Part shown: in pieces, positions 61,118 through 64,000 of the stretch
Layout of the letters: the number at the start of each line of letters is the position of its first letter
Numbering within the stretch: the stretch's first letter is position 1
NCBI GenBank assembly: GCA_963674705.1
Contig: OY771506.1
Span: 5,408,001-5,472,000, forward strand
DNA: 64,000 bases
Reading direction: 5' to 3'
Origin: Phycisphaeraceae bacterium
GTDB taxonomy: Bacteria; Planctomycetota; Phycisphaerae; Phycisphaerales; Phycisphaeraceae
The notes under the pieces: generated by a model
The model's input: only the letters and a program-made list of their open reading frames with translations
Told to the model about the DNA's origin: nothing
Databases searched by the model: none
Made by a program: the position numbers and the translations under genes

Positions 61118-62353
61118 ATGACCGAATCAGTATCGTCGGAGCCGGCTGTCGTAGAAGTTCGCGGTTGGTGGTCGAGTATCGCTGACCACAATCCTTTCTT
61201 TCTTGTCAGCGGCGTGTTGATGCTGGCCGGCTGTTTCATGATTAACGGCTCGGCGCATGATGATCCGGACGTGGTCTGGCCGGTCGTCGGATTGGTAGGT
61301 GTATTCAATATCTACGAGTTTCTGATCATCGCGCTGGCGATCTACCTGGCGAACAAGAAGCGGTTTTACCGGGATGCGGGATTCCTGCTGTTATTAGAGG
61401 TATTGCTGCTGTGCGATGTGTCGCTGGCATATAACGAACTGATCCTGAAGAACCTGCCGATCGCGCTGGTGGTTTGTTCGATGGCGGTGGCGATGGCGGG
61501 GATGAAGCTATTGATGATCGAACGCGGTTTGCAGTTGCGGACGACCAAGGCCGGGGCGGCGATGCTGACGTTACTGATCGTGTTGCTGTTTCTGTTACCC
61601 ACGATGTTCCGCGAACTGATCCGGCATGAGTGGATACAGGAATGGCATTACTACTTGGTTTGGTGGTTGATTGGCGCGCTTCCGATGGGGATGGTATGGA
61701 CACAACCCTGGTTCCGTGGCCGGCGTAAGTTGGGCAGGTGCAGCCCGGATCGGCTGCGGCACTGGGTTGTGGGTTTGCTGTTTGTGTTGCCTTATGTTTC
61801 GCTGCTATTGCACATGCGGACGGCGTATTACGTGGACGATCGGCCGTTCTACTACTACAACCTCGCGCCGGTGGTGCTGGGGCTTGCGGGGGTGTGGCTT
61901 TATCTACGTGCCGGGGCGTGGAGCTTGCAACGGGTGGTGTCGCTGGGGTATTGCGCGGCCGCGCTGGCGGTCGGGCTGTCGCTGTCCAGTCCACGTGAGA
62001 TGACTATGCCTTTGATCGCACCGGAGGGGCTGGTCCTCTCGCCGTTGCGTGTGGTGCTGGTGATGTCGGCCGCGCTGCTGGGTTATGCCTGGTGGCGGAA
62101 GTCGGCGTGGTCGTGTGTGCCGGGCGCGGTGGTGCTGCTGATGCTGGCGGGGTTAGGAAGCGATGTGCAGGCGATGGGTAAGTCGATCCGGTCGCTGGGC
62201 CAGCGTGTGCGCGGCGTGGGTTCGGACCTCATCCCGGACACGATGCTGGGCTGGGGCGTGCTGGCGGTGATCGGCTCGTTTATCTTCCTGCTGATCGGAG
62301 CCTGGACGAGCCTTGGCCGACGGACGCAGCCGGCCGAGAACAATCGCAGATGA
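61118..62353 (+). CDS. Polytopic membrane protein of unknown function
   Basis: About 11-12 TMs and HNPFFLVSG..ML motif; GGGAGG RBS before ATG 61118. Confidence 0.8.
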   Translation: MTESVSSEPAVVEVRGWWSSIADHNPFFLVSGVLMLAGCFMINGSAHDDPDVVWPVVGLVGVFNIYEFLIIALAIYLANKKRFYRDAGFLLLLEVLLLCDVSLAYNELILKNLPIALVVCSMAVAMAGMKLLMIERGLQLRTTKAGAAMLTLLIVLLFLLPTMFRELIRHEWIQEWHYYLVWWLIGALPMGMVWTQPWFRGRRKLGRCSPDRLRHWVVGLLFVLPYVSLLLHMRTAYYVDDRPFYYYNLAPVVLGLAGVWLYLRAGAWSLQRVVSLGYCAAALAVGLSLSSPREMTMPLIAPEGLVLSPLRVVLVMSAALLGYAWWRKSAWSCVPGAVVLLMLAGLGSDVQAMGKSIRSLGQRVRGVGSDLIPDTMLGWGVLAVIGSFIFLLIGAWTSLGRRTQPAENNRR

Positions 62354-62393
62354 GTCGCTACAATACCCCCCTGCCACGCGAGATGCGTCCCAC

Positions 62394-62480
62394 GGTGGGG
62401 TGCCAGAGTGGTCGAATGGACCGGTTTTGAAAACCGGCGTACGGTTCGCCGTACCGTGGGTTCGAATCCCACCCCCACCG
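62394..62480 (+). tRNA. tRNA-Ser(TGA)
   Basis: Acceptor stem GGTGGGG/CCCCACC, anticodon arm CCGGT-TTTGAAA-ACCGG, long variable arm, T-arm GTGGG-TTCGAAT-CCCAC, discriminator G; CCA not encoded. Confidence 0.97.
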
Positions 62481-62522
62481 CTTTTAAATCATTCAACCGA
62501 GTCGTTCTGCTTAGAGGAATAA

Positions 62523-62792
62523 GTGTATCGCCATATTCCTATCGCTTTGAATGTTCTCGCTTTTGTTCTTGTAGTTGTATTCTTTTCTGATGCAATACCA
62601 ATTGATTCACCGGTATATTTGCTGGCAGTTCTCTTTGCTGCATGTTTGAATGTTATTTTCGCAGGACTAGCAGCTTACCGATTAATGTACGTTAAGACAT
62701 CAGACGGAAGATGGAAGAATTGGGTCTCATTCTCGTTCGGGATGTTATACCTAACGTCTTTTGTGATCTTCGAATTCATTCGACCTAAATAG
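62523..62792 (+). CDS. Small AT-rich 3-TM hypothetical protein
   Basis: 89-aa hydrophobic ORF with AGAGGA RBS, immediately after the tRNA. Confidence 0.55.
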   Translation: MYRHIPIALNVLAFVLVVVFFSDAIPIDSPVYLLAVLFAACLNVIFAGLAAYRLMYVKTSDGRWKNWVSFSFGMLYLTSFVIFEFIRPK

Positions 62793-62805
62793 GCAAAACC
62801 ACTTC

Positions 62806-63999
62806 TTACCCCTTCATCCCGGTCAGCGTGACGCCTTGGATGAAGTAGCGTTGGACGAAGAAGAAGAGGATGATTACGGGGAGTGTCATCACGAAAGATG
62901 CGGCCATGACGAGGCCGATTTCGGGGCCGGCGCGTAGGTTGAATTTGAACAGGCCCAGCGCGAGGGGGAAGAGGCGTTCGTCGTTGACGTAGATGAGCGG
63001 GCCCATGAAGTTGTTCCATGCGGCGATGAAGGTGTAGACGGCGATGATGGCGACGGTCGGGGTGACCAACGGGAACATGACGTGCCAGTAGACGCGAATG
63101 AAGCCGCAGCCGTCGATGCGGGCGGCGTCTTCGAGGTCGCGCGGGATGGTCTTGAGGAATTGGCGCAACAGGAAGATGAAGAACGGCGCGCCGAACGCGG
63201 CGGGTGCCCACAGCGGCAGCAGCGTGTCGTACCAGCCGATGTTTTTGATGATCAGGAACGATGGGATCATCGTGACCTGCGGCGGGATCATCATCGTCGC
63301 GAGCATGATGACGAAGCAGAGGTCTCTACCGGGCCAGTTCAGGCGGGCGAAGGCGTAGGCGGAGAGCGTGCAGGAGAAGATCATCAGCACGATGCTGAGA
63401 ATGCTCAGCGACAGGCTGGTCATGATGTATCGGCTGAAAGGGATCTCGCGGAAGACGGTGCGGTATTGATGCAGGATCTTGTCGTACCATGCGCCGGTTG
63501 CGGAGTTGCGTGTGATGGTCATGCTGACGACAAACGGTTCGCTGTTCGCAGGCGCGGGGCCTTGGTCGTAGAGCGTGAAGTATGGACGGCGCTGGATGGT
63601 GTCTTCGTTGGGATCGGGCCAGCGGAATTGCAGTTCGAGCCAGCGGGCGTCCTGGAAGTTGATCACCTCGGTGGTAGCGTAGCGCCGGCCGTCGCGGATG
63701 ACTTCGAATTGCAGGCGTGCCCAGGTATCGTCGCTACGGAAGCCGACCATGACGCGGTCGATGCCGGCGGGTTTGAAGTCGGTTTGCGGGATGAGTTGGA
63801 ACGTCACATCAGGCTGAGTATCAGTGAAGTGGATGACAGCCTGTTGGTATTTTTTTTGTTCGTTGGCGCGGGGGATGAGGGTGGTGATGTCGCTGGCGGT
63901 GGTCCAGTAGGAGCCGGAGGTGATGTGAGTCTGGTAGTCCTGTGTTCGCAGGCGGACGTCGCCGAGGTTGACGCGGCGGTAGATGCGGTCGAAGGCGCG
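62806..63999 (-). CDS. Carbohydrate ABC transporter permease (MalG-like) with large extracytoplasmic insert; 5' end outside the window
   Basis: EAA loop IPRDLEDAARIDG and AWNNFMGPLI. The frame stays open from 63807 to the window end (RAFDRIYRR...). Confidence 0.9.
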   Translation of the reverse strand, partial: RAFDRIYRRVNLGDVRLRTQDYQTHITSGSYWTTASDITTLIPRANEQKKYQQAVIHFTDTQPDVTFQLIPQTDFKPAGIDRVMVGFRSDDTWARLQFEVIRDGRRYATTEVINFQDARWLELQFRWPDPNEDTIQRRPYFTLYDQGPAPANSEPFVVSMTITRNSATGAWYDKILHQYRTVFREIPFSRYIMTSLSLSILSIVLMIFSCTLSAYAFARLNWPGRDLCFVIMLATMMIPPQVTMIPSFLIIKNIGWYDTLLPLWAPAAFGAPFFIFLLRQFLKTIPRDLEDAARIDGCGFIRVYWHVMFPLVTPTVAIIAVYTFIAAWNNFMGPLIYVNDERLFPLALGLFKFNLRAGPEIGLVMAASFVMTLPVIILFFFVQRYFIQGVTLTGMKG

Positions 64000-64000
64000 G

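Overview
GC-rich bacterial chromosomal DNA. Gene content and style suggest Planctomycetota, probably Phycisphaerae-like (inference): a PEP-CTERM protein, a membrane-tethered ECF sigma factor, a giant PQQ/TPR protein and a CxxCGYxLxGL Zn-ribbon membrane protein. Housekeeping genes include rpsA, purQ, recR, rpoN, glyA, asd, clpC, glnS, gltX and tRNA-Ser(TGA). Accessory genes include a pyrimidine-catabolism pair, an RND efflux set, a small glycosylation cluster and an ABC permease. The most notable items are: (1) an operon DUF3467 - GAF/HlyD - PqqD-like/M50/HlyD - C-terminally truncated SecA, next to a TM-anchored ECF sigma and a further HlyD adaptor, which looks like a non-canonical SecA-powered type-I-like export or signalling system; (2) two unrelated HUH/Y1 REP-associated tyrosine transposases, each with its own REP family and its stop codon inside a REP, one of them bracketed by ~120-bp inverted REPINs; (3) several further orphan REP/palindrome families, one showing covariation; (4) oriented bipartite heptamer arrays ending just before start codons; (5) at least 8 genes with a -10 box only 6-8 nt before the start codon (leaderless mRNAs); (6) a coding-strand-independent switch in G/C skew at about 36-41 kb. 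All product calls come from motifs recognised by eye; no database search was run.
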